From: Geosiphon pyriformis uo1
Lineage: Eukaryota > Fungi > Glomeromycota
Assembly (NCBI GenBank): GCA_016748015.1
Contig: JAAOMT010000213.1
Location: 464,485-528,484 of the forward strand
Direction: 5' to 3'
DNA length: 64,000 nucleotides
This document shows positions 22,974 through 37,029 of the stretch, piece by piece. A program made the translations under genes and the position numbers. Numbering within the stretch: position 1 is the first letter of the stretch; every line of letters starts with the position of its first letter. The notes beneath the pieces are model-generated. The model saw only the letters and a program-made list of their open reading frames with translations, did not search any database and was not told the DNA's origin.

Positions 22974-25900
22974 GTGGTGACAAAAACCCCTAATCTTATT
23001 GTTCTTGAATTTTGCTGTGCTATTTACACACAAAATCAAAGTGATCTTGGATTACCAGAAGAGTGTTGTCCAGCAGAATCTGCCTTTATTTATTATATCA
23101 ATGCCAGAATAAATTATCATATAGGAAAGGAAGAAGAACCACACAATGCAAAACTTGGATTGTATAAAGAATTATTACAATACACTACAAAGGAAGTAGT
23201 AGTAATAGCTGCAACTATTGTCAAAATTCATTGAAAAATTGAACAATACGCCAATAAAAATTTTCTAATATCTACAGAAAACACTAGGGAACGCACCAAC
23301 AAAACCAAAGAAAATTTAGAAACTAATCAGGAAAGTAACCAGCAAAAACTAGGAACACCTGCTCAAACACCAAAGAAAACTGTTATTCAATCAATAAAAA
23401 AACAACATATTTATTTACCAGAAAATAAATCATACCATTTTTCACCAGAAAATAAGATACAAATTCCATTAGGAGCTGCATCATTATTAACATTAACTCC
23501 ACAAACACCAAAAACTCCTAGTTATATTAATAAAATTAAACAATATAACTGGGAAGACATACCAATTACAGGAGAATATTCATCACTATTCTAAAACCCT
23601 CTTTTTCAGCCAAAATTTGGAATGGGGTTTGAAAACCGTGAAGAGAAGTCTGAATTGAAATCCAAAAAAAAGATCAGTGAAAAAACAATCACAAGACTGG
23701 TCACTGGAACAAGCAGCCAGTCCAAAAACTAAAAAACTTGTGATCAAGAAGAAGAACCGGATATAAGGGAAGCCATCTTTAGGAATGCTCAAGGAAATAT
23801 CATCCCACCTTCTCTTAGACCAATAAGTCTACCAGCAAAAAATGGCAATAAAATAACCACACCATACATTGCAAGACTAACAGATTTCTTAGGAGAAGAA
23901 GAAGAAACAGATGTGTACACATGGTTCAAAGAAGCACAAAAAGCCATCCAGGCAAATAACTGGAATGACCAAAGAGCAATTCAAACATTACTTTTCTTCC
24001 TGAAAGGCACAACTAACTCATGGTATCAAAGCCTGAAAACAAAACCCACAAGCTTTGCTGAATTTAAAAATGCACTTCTGGAGTATTTTAGTGACCCAAA
24101 TGCCATAATCCAACTACAGAACAAATTCAATACTATTAAGCAAGGTACTGGTGAAACTGTCACCCAATACCTTGCTCAATTCAATCAAATTCGCCGTCAG
24201 ATTGAAATGATTGAACAAGGATACTACACTGATTCTCAGGTTTTAAATCAGTTTATTAGAAGATTAAAAAGCAGCATTTTAGGAAGAGTATGTCCTGCCT
24301 ACCCTAATTCCTTACCAGAAGCCATTACGCTTACCAGAGCCCTTGAATCAGCTGAGAAAGAAGCTAACCATAGTCAAATGGTTAATATAGTAATGGAGAA
24401 AAATAAGACAGAAACATTAGAGAAAAAAGTAACGCAATTAAGAGAGGAACTCTTTAAGAAAATAGAAAGTTATCTCATCCTGAATCCAAGAAAAAATACA
24501 TACCAAAAAAGACGCAGCCAGAAAGTCAGTGACAGTCAAAATAATCGCTCATTGTGCCAGGAATTCAGAACAGAAACACACACCTGCCATTTTTGCAAAT
24601 GCGTAGGATATTTGATTAGTCAATGTCGAACACGAATAATGCAAGAAGCACACAAAAATAATTATTACACGCCACCCCAAATGCTCAGAAACCAGTACAT
24701 GCCAATACTATGCCAATATCCTACCACGTATCAAAATCAAGGAACTTACCAGCAACAGCCCATGATAGCCAATCTGAATTGGCATCCCAAGGCCCGAAAT
24801 CAGCCTATGTGGAACCATAATGCATTGGTCCAGAGGAATCTAAACTGCACCAGAACCAGTTAGCAAACCAATCCAAACTACCAAAATTATTAACAAACTT
24901 ACCTTAATATACCAGAAAATCTGATCATCAGAAACAATGACAGTAGAAACATAAACAGAACCAAAAATTTCTTTAACAAATTGAGCCAAACAATACCACC
25001 AGCAGTTGCCACCAAAGATAGCAGCCTCGCAGCTATTTTTCCTTTTGAATTAGAAGAAAACAAGACTATGTTCAGTGGAGCAGCATTGGACAAAAAATGC
25101 CCAATTACTGCTATGTATACAGAAGCCACTGTAAACAATACTCCAATCAAACTTATCTTAGACAGTGAATCCACTAAAAGCATTGTAATGCTTCAACTTG
25201 TAAACCAATTGGGTTTCAAAGTTGATCATGCCGTGATGTCCCAAATCATAACAGCCAATGGAAGTACAAAGCTGCCTCATGGTGAAATTGACTCATTTCC
25301 TTTCAAAATTAACAGCATAGTAATACCTACAAAAGTATTAGTAATAAACGCTACACAATATTAAGTATTAGTAGGGAATAACAGGCTAACAAAAGCCAAT
25401 GCCACCTTAGACTGGACCACCCAAGAGCTTCTGATCAATTATAATGGCCACCAGGCCAGAATTTCAGCCACTTGTGGCCACTTCCAAAAACCCAGTGCCA
25501 ACCAAAGACCTACCTTCAAATTTGAGGAAAATCCAGCACTACCAGCCATTGAAATTTATCAACTTTTTTGTGCTAATGACCAAAGAACAGGACTACCAAC
25601 CATACCAACATGAACCAGCGAAGAAAGATCTGAATGGAACCAGATAAGTCCACAAAGAAACCACCAGCGATGCAGACCAAAACTAGAATGCTCAGTTTGC
25701 AAAAAGAAACTCTCGTCTATGGCTATGTGCAGTGCACCAGATGAAGACCCAAGAAACCCCATCCACTACTATTGTAACCATTGTAACAAAGAAAAATACA
25801 GTTACCCAGAAAGACATGGAAAATGAGACGAGGAATTATGTCTCACTTGTGGAGAACTGTTACCAAGAGAGTATGACTGGAACGACATACTAAGCAGAGG

Positions 25901-27103
25901 AGGAATGTGTGATGCAACTTGCCAATACATGATCCTCATCTGTGACTGGGTAAGAGGAGGAACACCATTCAAAACAGCATTCAACAGAGCATTAAAAAGA
26001 CTACAGCACTACTCACACGACGAGGACGAGTTGTACAACACCACATAAGCCAAAGTAAGAGGAGGAACCACCAAAGAAATACGATATTAGAAAGAGTTAG
26101 CCAAAGTAGCCGATGAAGTTGCCAGCTACAACATGTTCAACCCAGTGGATAAATTCTAGGACTACTACCAACAACTATGCCCCATTCAACAAGAGCAAGA
26201 ACAATACCTTGCCCAAATCAACACTTACTTCTGCAAAAACTGTCTTATCCCGTGCCAAAATCAGTACTGTAAAGAGTGTTAAGATGAAAGGGACTTAGAA
26301 AGAAAAATAGAAATTAAGAATCAGCAGTCTCAAAATCAATCAATAAACCAACAAGACTTACCTAATGGTCCCGAGTCAGAAAAATTTGTAGCTTATACTG
26401 ACCTAGAACAGATGATTGACATTTGATACTTTGACAATGGGCACTTAGAAATAATACCTGAAAGAGCCCATCCAACTGATGCTGGATTTGATCTATGTTA
26501 TCTAGAAGACCAATCCACAATGTTACTACCCAGGAGCATTACCAAAATTGACCTAAAAATAGTGGTTGAAATTCCGCCAGGAATAATGGTTCAAATAGCA
26601 TCATGATCAAGCCTCGCGAAAAAAGGAATAAGCATTCAAGGAGAAGTAATTGACTCCAGATAAACTAGAAATTTGATGGTTTTGCTACAGAACAATTCAG
26701 AAAAGCCTTATACCATTGAATCTAAGGAAAAGATTGCACAAGCAATTTTCCTACTATTGGTAAAAATTGGGAAATTTGTGCCAATGGAAAATTATAAGGA
26801 ATTGTCACAAACAATGAGAGGAACTTTTGGTTTTGGATTGACAGAAAAAGGAATTGAAGCAAATATCACTAAAACAATAGAGGAAAAAGGCAAAGTAATT
26901 AAAACTGAGCAGTCTATCATGCTCCTACCATATGGAAAATCAGAAATAAGAATAAAAAAGACAATTAAAGAAAAAGACCTAATATTTAAGCCCTACTCAG
27001 AAACTTGTCAACAGTTTCTCATAGGACTTACTAACCTTTTTATTCTAGCTGATAAAGCTCAATAGATAAAAATTCCTATTGCAAACACTACAGAAGAACC
27101 CGT
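22974..27103 (+). pseudogene. gag-pol: Element B Gag-Pol, 5' part (Gag, protease, Cys-rich module, dUTPase ~26450-26850)
   Basis: Opens at AAAGTGG; capsid ANNWNDQRAIQ; CHFCKCVGYLISQC; LILDSE; CSVC..CNHC..CLTC; DAGFDL, IAQAIF, GTFGFG. Confidence 0.9.
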
Positions 27104-28116
27104 TGTTACTGGAGGTTTTTGGTCTCTTTTTTTAAATGTTGGTAATGTTGATTTGCTGTGAATTCACGTTCTCAGGAAGTAGTTGAACCTCCAATAACTG
27201 AATTTATCTTTAAATTATCTTTTATAATTTGAACTTGCTGGGCTTATAAGTAGAATGGCCAATTCTGTGCCAGTTACTTTATGTAGTTATGTTGTAGTAA
27301 ATGTCAACTCTTTTTCAGGAATTGCTCGTCTGGAAGCTCACTAAAATGTATAGTTACTTTGTTGTAAAAGTCAACTCTTCTACAGGAATCTTGTTTGTAG
27401 ACTACCCTAATAATTGTAATAAGAAAAGAAAAGAAAAATAAAAAAAATGTAAAAAAAATAGAATTTTGTCAAGAGAAACGTTTTCTATTCAGGCCTGGAG
27501 TCACTAACAGTTTACTGAAATGGGTAGCTAATCAATTTTAAAACATTAGTTGGGTTTTGAGGATTTTCTAAGTGCAATAATTTAAAGAGTTTGGTTTTTC
27601 GAATTATTTGATATTTATTTCTTTTTGTGTGTGTAGCAATGGTTCTAAGTGATAAATCTAAAGTAAGATACATTTTTCAGAAGAGAAAAGCTCTTTTTTT
27701 ATACAACTTGTTGTAGTACTAGTCTATGAACTTGCACTTTTTCTCTTTGCTCAAATTTCAGCAAACTAAAGATACATTTTGATGAACTACAAGTTATTTT
27801 GCTGAACTATTGATTAATTTGGGTGAACTATTCATAATTTTGACGAATTTCTGTAAATTTCAGCAAATTTCTTATAAATTTCGGCAAATTTCTGTAAATT
27901 TTGGCGAATTTTTAAATGTTACAAAGTTCAAAGTATTGTGTAATTTAATCATCCTACTTTCTGTTATACTAATTAGATTATTTTAATTGAATTGTGATAT
28001 GTGATAATTGATTAAATAATAAATGATAATTTAAAATAATATTAATATACTAATGAATTATAGAAATTATAAGAGTAATTTTATGCTAATTAATAGCTAA
28101 AATTCTATTGGTAATA
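27104..28116 (-). repeat. 3' LTR of element C
   Basis: Repeat of 36037-37029 with one extra ~20-bp U3 unit. Confidence 0.93.
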
Positions 28117-28804
28117 TAATCTCCTCCTCAAGACTGAGCTCCATCGAAGTCCAAGCACTATCTGTAATATTGAGATAGTGATCTAAAATAATTAAAGTAA
28201 TCTGGTCTGAAAATTGTTGAAATTTCAGTTCTGTGAGTTTGCCAATGTATTGGACTTTTATTGGTTGCAGTATTGAATTTTGTAGAACATTTTCACAAGT
28301 ATTAAACAAGTCATAGAGTTTAAGAGCTGCTCTAAGTTTGTAGCGAGTGTTTGTTGGTCCAGCTGCTGTTTTGAATTCATTGTGAATTTGTTTTTGTATA
28401 ATTTTAGGAGTGAGATTTGTTGCTTCAAGTTCCAGTTTTTGTTCATAAAGTGTTTTTCCAATTTGAAAGTATTTATAGATAGGGGTGTGTTCATTGTTCT
28501 GTTCATTAAGAAGTAGTAGAAGTTTTTGTTGCATTGTAGCATTTGGTGAAATGTCAATAGGGGCAATTAAAAGATTTTTTTTTAGTGCCTGCTTCAAAAG
28601 TCTTGGTAATCTATTCTCAGAGTAACTTCTTGTTTTTCTTTTATAGGGGTGATAGTTCTGTAAATGATTTGCTACTAAGACTGTAGTTTCTTTCTGAATG
28701 TAATTAATTTGACTTCCATTAATCGTTATAGATAAGTTAGGGAGTGTTTTCAAGGCTAACATTAATTTTTGGGATATTTGTTAAATATTTTGGGGAATAA
28801 TCAT
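28097..28804 (-). pseudogene. Accessory ORF3 of element C (one nonsense codon near the N-terminus)
   Basis: MIIPQNI*QISQKL followed by a 221-aa open frame; clear homolog of A ORF3. Confidence 0.8.
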
Positions 28805-28946
28805 GATAAAATTGACTAATTATGAAAAGAGAAAATAAAGAAAATTATTTTTGGATATGGGGTTTTTATTTGTTTTTGGGTTTGGGTGTTTTGTAATTAT
28901 TTACTATTTTTGTCTTTGTGTTTTTATTAAAAAATTATTGTAAAAT

Positions 28947-30332
28947 TTAAGTGTTCAAGTTTGGTTGTTGTTCTATTATAATTATTGGTTCTAAATTTTA
29001 GGGAATATCTTCAGAATTAATTAAAGGGGAATGTATACCAATTTGTGGAATTAATGGTTCAGAATTGTTTCTGGAATGATAGTGTTTCAATCTGTTTCTA
29101 TGTGCAACTTTTGCTAATATTTTGTTATTAAGTCTTAACTTATATGATCTATTGCCTAGAATTTCATAAATATAAAATGGTCCATCCTATTTGTTTTCAA
29201 ATTTCCCACTCCATTGTTTTTCAGCCTTAGTTCTGTGTAAGAGAACTTTATTTCCAACTTTAAATTCGTTGGTAATAGATGGTAATTTGTTGTCATGTTT
29301 TTCTTTTTGTTGAGCTTGGGAATGTTCAATATGAGTTGCTGCTATTTTTTTTTTTCTTCCAGTGTACTAAGAAGAGTGTAGGCTCTTTTTTGGAGTGTCT
29401 TTTGAAAGTTTTCTTCATTGATTGGTTGCACTGGGTATGTTTCCACTGTGAAATTAATTGGTAATGTTGCTGTCCTTCTATAAGTAAGATCAAATGGTGT
29501 GTGTTTCATAGTATCTTGTTTTAGTGTTCTGTATGCTAGTAACACTGATGGAATAAAAATATTTCATTTCTGGTCAAAATTTGTTGAGACTTTGGCTAAA
29601 GATTCACACAATGTTCTATTGAACTGTTCTACAAGTTCATTTGTTTGAGGGTAATAAGATAATGATAGAGGTCTTTTGACATTGAACCATTCACAAATTT
29701 TTTGTATCAAGTTGTTCACAAAATGTGTTTTTTGATCAGATAAGAGTTCAATTGGGCATCCATGTCTACAGATAATGTCTTCATAGATGAAATTTGCTAC
29801 TGATTTTGCATCTGCTCTTTGGATGGCTCTAGCTTCAGGCCATTTGGTAAGATAATTCACTGCAACTGCAATATAACGATTTCCTTGGGTTGTGATAGGT
29901 AATGGTCTGACTAAATCAATTCCAACTCTGTCAAAAGGTTGTCCAACTTTGATTGGATTTAGAGGTTCTGTGGGGTGAGTTCTTCCTCTTCTTTGACAAT
30001 TATCACAAGATTCTACATATTGTTAAATGTTTTTTTGCATGTGGAGCCAAAAAATAATGTTCAAGGGTTCTTTGAATTGTTTCCTCTTTTCCCAAGTGTG
30101 CTAAAGACAGATCTGTGTACATGTTGTATAAAATTGTTTCTTTTTCATTCTCTTGTACTAATCTGAGTGGCTGGTTTGGTTTTCTGTGATTTTTATAATA
30201 GATTTTGTTCTGGTGTATGAAATATTGTTTTAATTGGTGTTGTAAGTGGTGTTTTTCACTTGGAGACCAGTTTTTTGGCATGGTAAAAGTCTCCAAATAA
30301 TTTTTAAGATTGCTGTAGTTTCTGAGATCCAT
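28947..30332 (-). pseudogene. int: Stand-alone integrase ORF of C
   Basis: Starts MDLRNYSNLKNYL; YLTKWPEA, SDQKTHF, YPQTN; same 1386-nt length as in A. Confidence 0.9.
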
Positions 30333-30389
30333 TCTTGTTTGGTTATTTTGTTGGTAAGTTGGTAAATTGTAGTGGAATTGTTGTTGGTA

Positions 30390-33300
30390 TTAATTTTGTC
30401 TCATTCTTGAGAGGCTATCAACATTGGTATGTAGTTTTCCTGGTTTGTAGTGTACAATATATTTGTAGTCTGTTAAGAAGTTATTCCATCAAGACTGTTT
30501 GGCACTTTGTTCAGTTTTCTTTTTATTAAGCCATTTGAGGCCAATGTTATTCGTTATTATGTCAAATTCTTTTCCATTCTTCAGATATTGTTGAAAATGT
30601 TTAAGAGCCCAAATAACTACAGCAGCTTCTAATTCAGTTGAGCCATATTTGAGTTCTGTTGGCTTGAGTGTTCTGCTGACATAGGCAATAACTTGTTCTT
30701 GGCCATTTTCATCCAATTGTGATAAGATGGCACCAAATGCTATGTGTGAGGCATCAGTGGCTAATTGGAATCATTTGTTGAAGTCTGAGTAAGCAAGAAC
30801 TGGGGCTGTTGTCAATTTTGTTTTGAGAATTTCAAAAGCTTTTTGTTGTTTTTCAGTCCATTTGTATGGTACGTTTTTGTTGGTAAGATAATTGAATGGT
30901 TTGGCAATTTCTGAGAATTTTTTTATGAATTTTTGATAATAAGAGGCTAATCCCACAAATCCTTTTAGTTCTGTAGTATTTCTGGGGGTTTGAAAGTTTT
31001 TGACAGCACTGATTGTTCCTGGATTTGGTTTGATTTCATCTTTACTAACTATGTGTCCAAGAAAGATTAAGCTTGTTTTTCTAAAGTGACATTTCTCAAT
31101 ATTTAACTTTAATCCTGCTTTCCATAATCATTGAAAAACTTCTCGCAAGTAAATGAGATGGGCTTCAAAGCTTGGTAAGTATACATCAGTATTATCAAGA
31201 TAAACAACTACTAATTGCCATAAAAGCCCTTCATAGACAACATCCATAAGTCACTGAAATGTTGCTGGTGCATTGCAAAGTCCAAAAGGCATAACATTAA
31301 ACTCATAATTTCCCTCTTGAGTGGTAAATGCTGTTTTGGGTCTATCTTTTGGGTCCATTTCGACTTGCCAGTATCCACTTTCCAGGTCTAAAGTTGAAAA
31401 AAACTTGGCTTTTCCTAGAGCATCTAGCATGTCATCAATTCTTGGAAGAGAGTAGATATCTCCAATTATAACACTATTCAGTTGTTTATAATCAACACAG
31501 AATCTGATTTTTCCATTTTTTTTTTAACTAAAACTACTGGTGAGGCCCAAAGATTTCTTGATGGTTGAATCAATCCATTATTGAGCATTCTTTGGATTTC
31601 TTCTCTAATGAATTGGGGGCTGGCAGATGGCACTCAATAAGCTTGTTGACGTTTTGGTAGAGCATCTTCTGTATGGATCTAATGTTGAACAATGTCTGTT
31701 TTTCCCAAGTCATTGTTGTCTTTTGCAAATATATCTGCAAATTCAGCTATCAATTGTTTCAATTGTCTTTGTTGTTGAGGTTCTAAGGGACTCATATTGA
31801 TTTGAGAGAGTTTTTCTTCCAACAAGTGGTAGTTTTCAGTAGTGGAAATAATATTTGGATTTGGGAGTAGAGTGTGCTTTACAATTTCGATGAAATTAGA
31901 GACAATTTGAGGGTTTTCATCTTGAAAGATATTGCTATGTATGATTCCAATTTCTAATTTGTTTAATAAAACAATAGAGTAATTATTGGGGTTGTAGAAT
32001 GTAACTTGAAATTTTTTCATTCCTTTGGGAATATAAACGTTTGGAATTGATATTTCATGTTTCAAACAGATTTGTTCATTGGATTCAAAGATTTGTTGTG
32101 TAATGGTGGGTTTTGAGCAAGCGTAAATTTTGTGATGTTCTCCAAAAAGTGAAATGGTAATTGGCTGAGGAAGTTGAAGAATTTGGTGAGATTCATTTTG
32201 TGTATTAAGAACTATGTTTACTGGGACTGTAAATCGTCCAGTTGAACCAAAACTTTGAGTTCCTCTTTCACTTTTTCCCAATTGTTCTCTGTTGTTTACT
32301 GATTGTAAACCCGAAATGTTGATTAAGGGTAAGTAAATTGCTTGAGCAATTTTTTCAGCATGTTCAATTTTGAATAGTTTGTCTGTCTCATTCTGTAACA
32401 TGATGGTAATGTCTCCAGTGTATTCTGCATCTATAACTCTTCCTCTAATATTGATTCTTTTGCTTGCCAATGATGATCTGGAGGCAATTTGAACCATTGC
32501 TTCTGGTGGAATTTTAAGAGCAATTTTGAGATTGATTTTTGTCAAAGACTTTGGTTGGAGAATCAAAGTATCTTTTTCTGGGTATTTTAGGTCATATCCA
32601 GCATCAATTTCGTATGCTTTTTCTGGTCTGATTCCTTGGCCATGGTTGTCAAAATATTTAAGTTGTAGAGGTGGTTGTTTTTCAAGAAGATAAATGGGAG
32701 TGGTTGGTAGTTCTTCTACTAGTTCAAATACTCTAAATTCGATTTCATTTTCATCATTCTCATCTGGCAGAGGAATGCTAAGAGCATAACATTCTAAATA
32801 CCATTGGTCATTACAAGGCATAACACATTCTTCACACAATTGAATGTTTATTTGCTCTAATCATTGAATTTGAGCTTCTTTGGTCGGATATATGTGGCTT
32901 GCATTTGGTGGTAGGTTTCTACTTCATTTTTATAATCAAATCCAGCTAATTCTATAGTATACTCAATATATTCAGCTTCTTTCATTTGGCAGACATCTTC
33001 TTGGGTGGCTCCATTTATCAATGCCATTGCTAGATCAAAAATCATTTCAGCATCATGAGGGTAGTGGTAAAGTTTATTGAGAGCACTGTTGTATGCTGCA
33101 TCAAATGGTGTTCCTCTTCTGACTTTTTCCGAAATTGATAGAGCACATACTCCTCCTTTTATTGCTACATCAATCCAATTGCATTCTTCTGATAGCATTT
33201 CTCCACATGTAAGGCAAGGTGTGTTGTCCCATTTTCTACTTCTTTTTGGAGATTCAAATCGTTCTTTATGGCATGCTTTGCAAAAGTAACAGGTACGAGT

Positions 33301-35991
33301 TTCATATTCCTCTTCTGGAGAAATACATGCTCTCATTGATGAAAGTTTTTTGTTGCAATCTTTGCATTTGAGTGAAATATAGGGTGGTTGTTTCCGTGGT
33401 TTTGGTGTAGAATATCTAACTTTCTTCCATCCCCTTGATTCTTCAAAAATCTCTTGTTCGGTTTCTTCAACCCAATTGGATGTTGATTCAAGAGCCATGT
33501 AGGTTTCAGTAAGTGGCATTTCTTTCTCCTCTTCAAATTCAAATACTGAAGCTTTTTCTGATTGTTTGTTAAAGGTATTACAGGTTGCAGGTACTATGGT
33601 ATATTGTTCTTGGTATGAGATTTTAAGTTCTTGAGTTTCCCAGTTTAGGTTTGCATTGGCCTTGAGAAGCCAATCATTTCCAACTAGAGCTTGGTATTGG
33701 GGTGCATCTATAACAAGAACTTTAACTGGAATGGTGATTCTATTAATTGAAAAAGAGAAATCATCAATTTCTCCTACTGAAGTTTTCTTCATACCATCAG
33801 CTGTGACAATAACTGTTTGAGCTGGTCTGTCTACATTTTGTTTGAGTTGTTGCATCAGCTGGTAAGTGATGATACTTCCAGCTGATCCACTATTTAAGAT
33901 TAAGTGAATGGGTTTTCCTTCTACTGTAGCTTCTGTGTACATAGCAGTAATTGCTTTCTGTTCATTGACTGCTGCATTACTAAGCAGAAATGGTGATTCA
34001 TTTGCTTCAAATTCAAATGGAAATATATCTGACAGATTAGCATTTTGGGCAATTTGAACTGGTGGAATGGTGTGGTTGGAAGGGTTTGATCTTAGCGTTG
34101 CAACTTTATCTTCAGAAAGTGCAGTTTGTTGAAAATCCGATTCCTCTGATGTTATAAGATAACTGGGTTGAGTGTGATAGTAATTGGGTCTTTGCTGACC
34201 CGAATTTTGGGGAACCAACTGGTTATTTGGATTGATTCTGTTGTGGTTATTCTGCAATTGATTTTGGGGTGTGAATTGGTTATGTTGAACCAATCTTCTT
34301 GCTGGTACTTGATATTGTTGAGTGGGTGGTGTCTGATATGACTGAATTGGTAAAGGTTGCTAATATTGTTGCTGCATTGATTGTGGAGCTGGTGGATAGT
34401 AGTTTTGATTTTGTGGTCTTGGTGAATAATAGGTTAGTAGTGGAGATTGGTAATAGGATTGTTGTGGTGAAGAGTAACGTTGGTTACTCCTGTTTTTTTG
34501 GTCTTTTTGCAATTTCTTACAATCTTGTTTCCAGTGTCCTAAAATTCCACAATAATGACAATTTTGAGATTGGTTGTTGGATGGTAATCCAAAATTGTTT
34601 TAGTTGTGTCATTGTGGTGGTTGATATTTTTGTGGTTGTTGCTGCTGTTGTTGTTGGTTTGTAAAATAGCTTTCAACTTTTTTTGTGAGTTGGTCTATCT
34701 TTTTTTCAGCTGCTGAGCTGGTTTCTCCAATTGCAAGGTTTACAAGCTTGGTGTGATTTTTTTCTTCCATTGCCATCTCATAGCTCTTTGCATGTCTAAT
34801 AGCAGTTGCTAAGTCTGCTAGAGCATGTGGACAGACTTTTTTAATCAGTTTGTCTTTTAACCCTGCTATAAACTGATCCAAAATTTGAGCATCAGAATAG
34901 TAGTCATTGGTTTCCAATTGTCGGATTCGTCTGAGAAGTTTGTTAAATTTTCCAAAATAAGTCATAACAGATTTAGATGTTTCTTGTTTGATATTGCAAA
35001 AGTGGTTTTTGAGAGTGATAAAGGTATTGTTGTCAGTGAATTGTTGTAGAAAAGCATCTTTGAATGCTTGCTAGTTTTCAAATAGTTCTTCTAAATTTTC
35101 AAATCATTCTCTTGCTGTTCCTTGGAAAAAGTAGGGAATTGCTTTGAGCATTCTTGCTGCAATTCAAACATTTACATCTTCTGCTTTTTGAATCTTGTCA
35201 AGCCATTCTTGAGAACTGGTATCATTGTCTTTACCAGTAAATTCTGGAATTTTTGCAATGTAAGCAGTTGCCATTTCTTCTTTGTTTTCTGTAATTTCTT
35301 CTGGTTTTGATTCAGTTTCTTCACTTTCCAAGCTTTTTGAGTGATTACTTTCGTTTTCCTGTAAGTAATCAATGATATTGGCACTTGTTGATATTGGTTC
35401 CTGCTGTTGAGTAAGATTTCTAGGTGACTGAAAATCTTCTGGTCTGGAGAAATGGCTAAGTAGTGAACTTGGTGTTTGTGGTTAAACAAATGAAATTGGA
35501 AATGGTGTAATAGAAAGTGGTAATTTGACACTGGTTCCTTGTTCAGGTGTTTGCAAGTGTTTGGCAATTGTCTTTTGTAGTGTTGGAGTGTTTGGAGTGG
35601 TTTTTGAGTATTGGTTCAATTTTTGTTTGCCTTTGTTGCTTGTTTCTGTTTCTGATTCAAAGTCAAAAGTGTATTTAGACTGTATTGGGTATTTTTCTTC
35701 ACAATACTCAGTAATGTTAAAATTAAGTTCTTGGAAGTAGGTAGCAAGTGTTTCACTGTTTAGGTCTTCTGTTCCCAATTGTGAATAGTGTACTAAATTA
35801 TTGTAGAGGTTGCTTCTAACTTCTGAAATGTTGTAGTTTCCAAAAAGATAATTGTTGATGCAGTTTTCAATGTATTGGTATACTGATTTCTTTACAACTT
35901 CAATTCCGTTTGGAATGTTGAATCTTTGCTTGTAGTGGGTATAAATTGACTGATAATACTCTAGAGTTGCTGTGTCTAGTGTGGTCGCCAC
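30390..35991 (-). pseudogene. gag-pol: Element C Gag-Pol (dUTPase ~32240-32640)
   Basis: GTG 35991, capsid ATG 35274 and ORFs 34965 and 34293 in one frame; 1-nt deletion near 32900; DAGYDL, ASRSSL, FGSTG; RT LDLESGYWQ and YLDN; ends DSLSRMRQN*. Confidence 0.92.
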
Positions 35992-36036
35992 TTTGAATTT
36001 GTTGTTGCTGTGTTATTTCTATGGGAAAGCACCAAA

Positions 36037-37029
36037 TGTTACCAAAGGTTTTTGGTCTCTTTTCTTAAATATTGGTAATGTTGATTTGCTGTGAATTCAT
36101 GTTCTCAGGAAGTAGTTGAACCTCCAATAACTGAATTTATCTTTAAATTATCTTCTATAATTTGAACTTGCTGGGCTTATAAGTAGAATGGCCAATTCTG
36201 TGCCAGTTACTTTATGTAGTTATGTTGTAGTAAATGTCAACTCTTTCCCAGGAATTGCTTGTCTAGAAGCTCACTAAAATGTATAGTTACTTTGCTGTGA
36301 AAGTCAACTCTTCTACAGGAATCTTGTCTGTAGACTACCCTAATAATTGTAATAAGAAAAAAAATAAAAAATAAAAGAAATATAAAAGAAATAGAATTTT
36401 GTTAAGAGAAACGTTTTCTATCCAGGCCTGGAGTCACTAACAGTTTACTGAAATTGGTAGCTAATCAATTTCAAAACGTTAGTTGGGTTTTGAGGATTTT
36501 CCAAGTGCAATAATTTAAAGAGTTTGGTTTTTCGAATTATTTGATATTTATTTTTTTTTGTGTGTGTAGAAATGGTTTTAAGTGATAAATATAAAGTAAG
36601 ATACATTTTCCAAAAGAGAAAAGCTCTTTTTTTATACAACTTGTTGTAGTACTAGTCTATAAACTTGCACTTTTTCTCTTTGCTCAAATTTTGGCAAACT
36701 AAAAATACATTTTGATGAACTACAAGTTATTTCACTGAACTATTGATTAATTTGGGTAAACTATTCATAATTTCGACGAATTTCTGTAAATTTCGGCGAA
36801 TTTCTTATAAATTTCGGTGAATTTTTGAATGTTACAAAGTTCAGAGTATTGTGTAATTTGATCATCCTACTTTCTGTTATATTAATTAGATTATTTTAAT
36901 TGAATTGTGATATGTGATAATTGATTAAATAATAAATGATAATTTAAAATGATATTAATATACTAATAAATTATAGAAATTATAAGGATAATTTTATGCT
37001 AATTAATAGCTAAAATTCTACTGGTAACA
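36037..37029 (-). repeat. 5' LTR of element C
   Basis: TGTTA/TAACA termini, followed on the minus strand by TTTGGTGCT. Confidence 0.93.

Larger units (their letters stand above)
27104..37029 (-). mobile_element. LTR retrotransposon C (sister subfamily of A), nested in Pol of B
   Basis: LTRs 36037-37029 and 27104-28116; TSD CCGT/CCAT; PBS 36018-36034; PPT 28117-28129. Confidence 0.95.
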
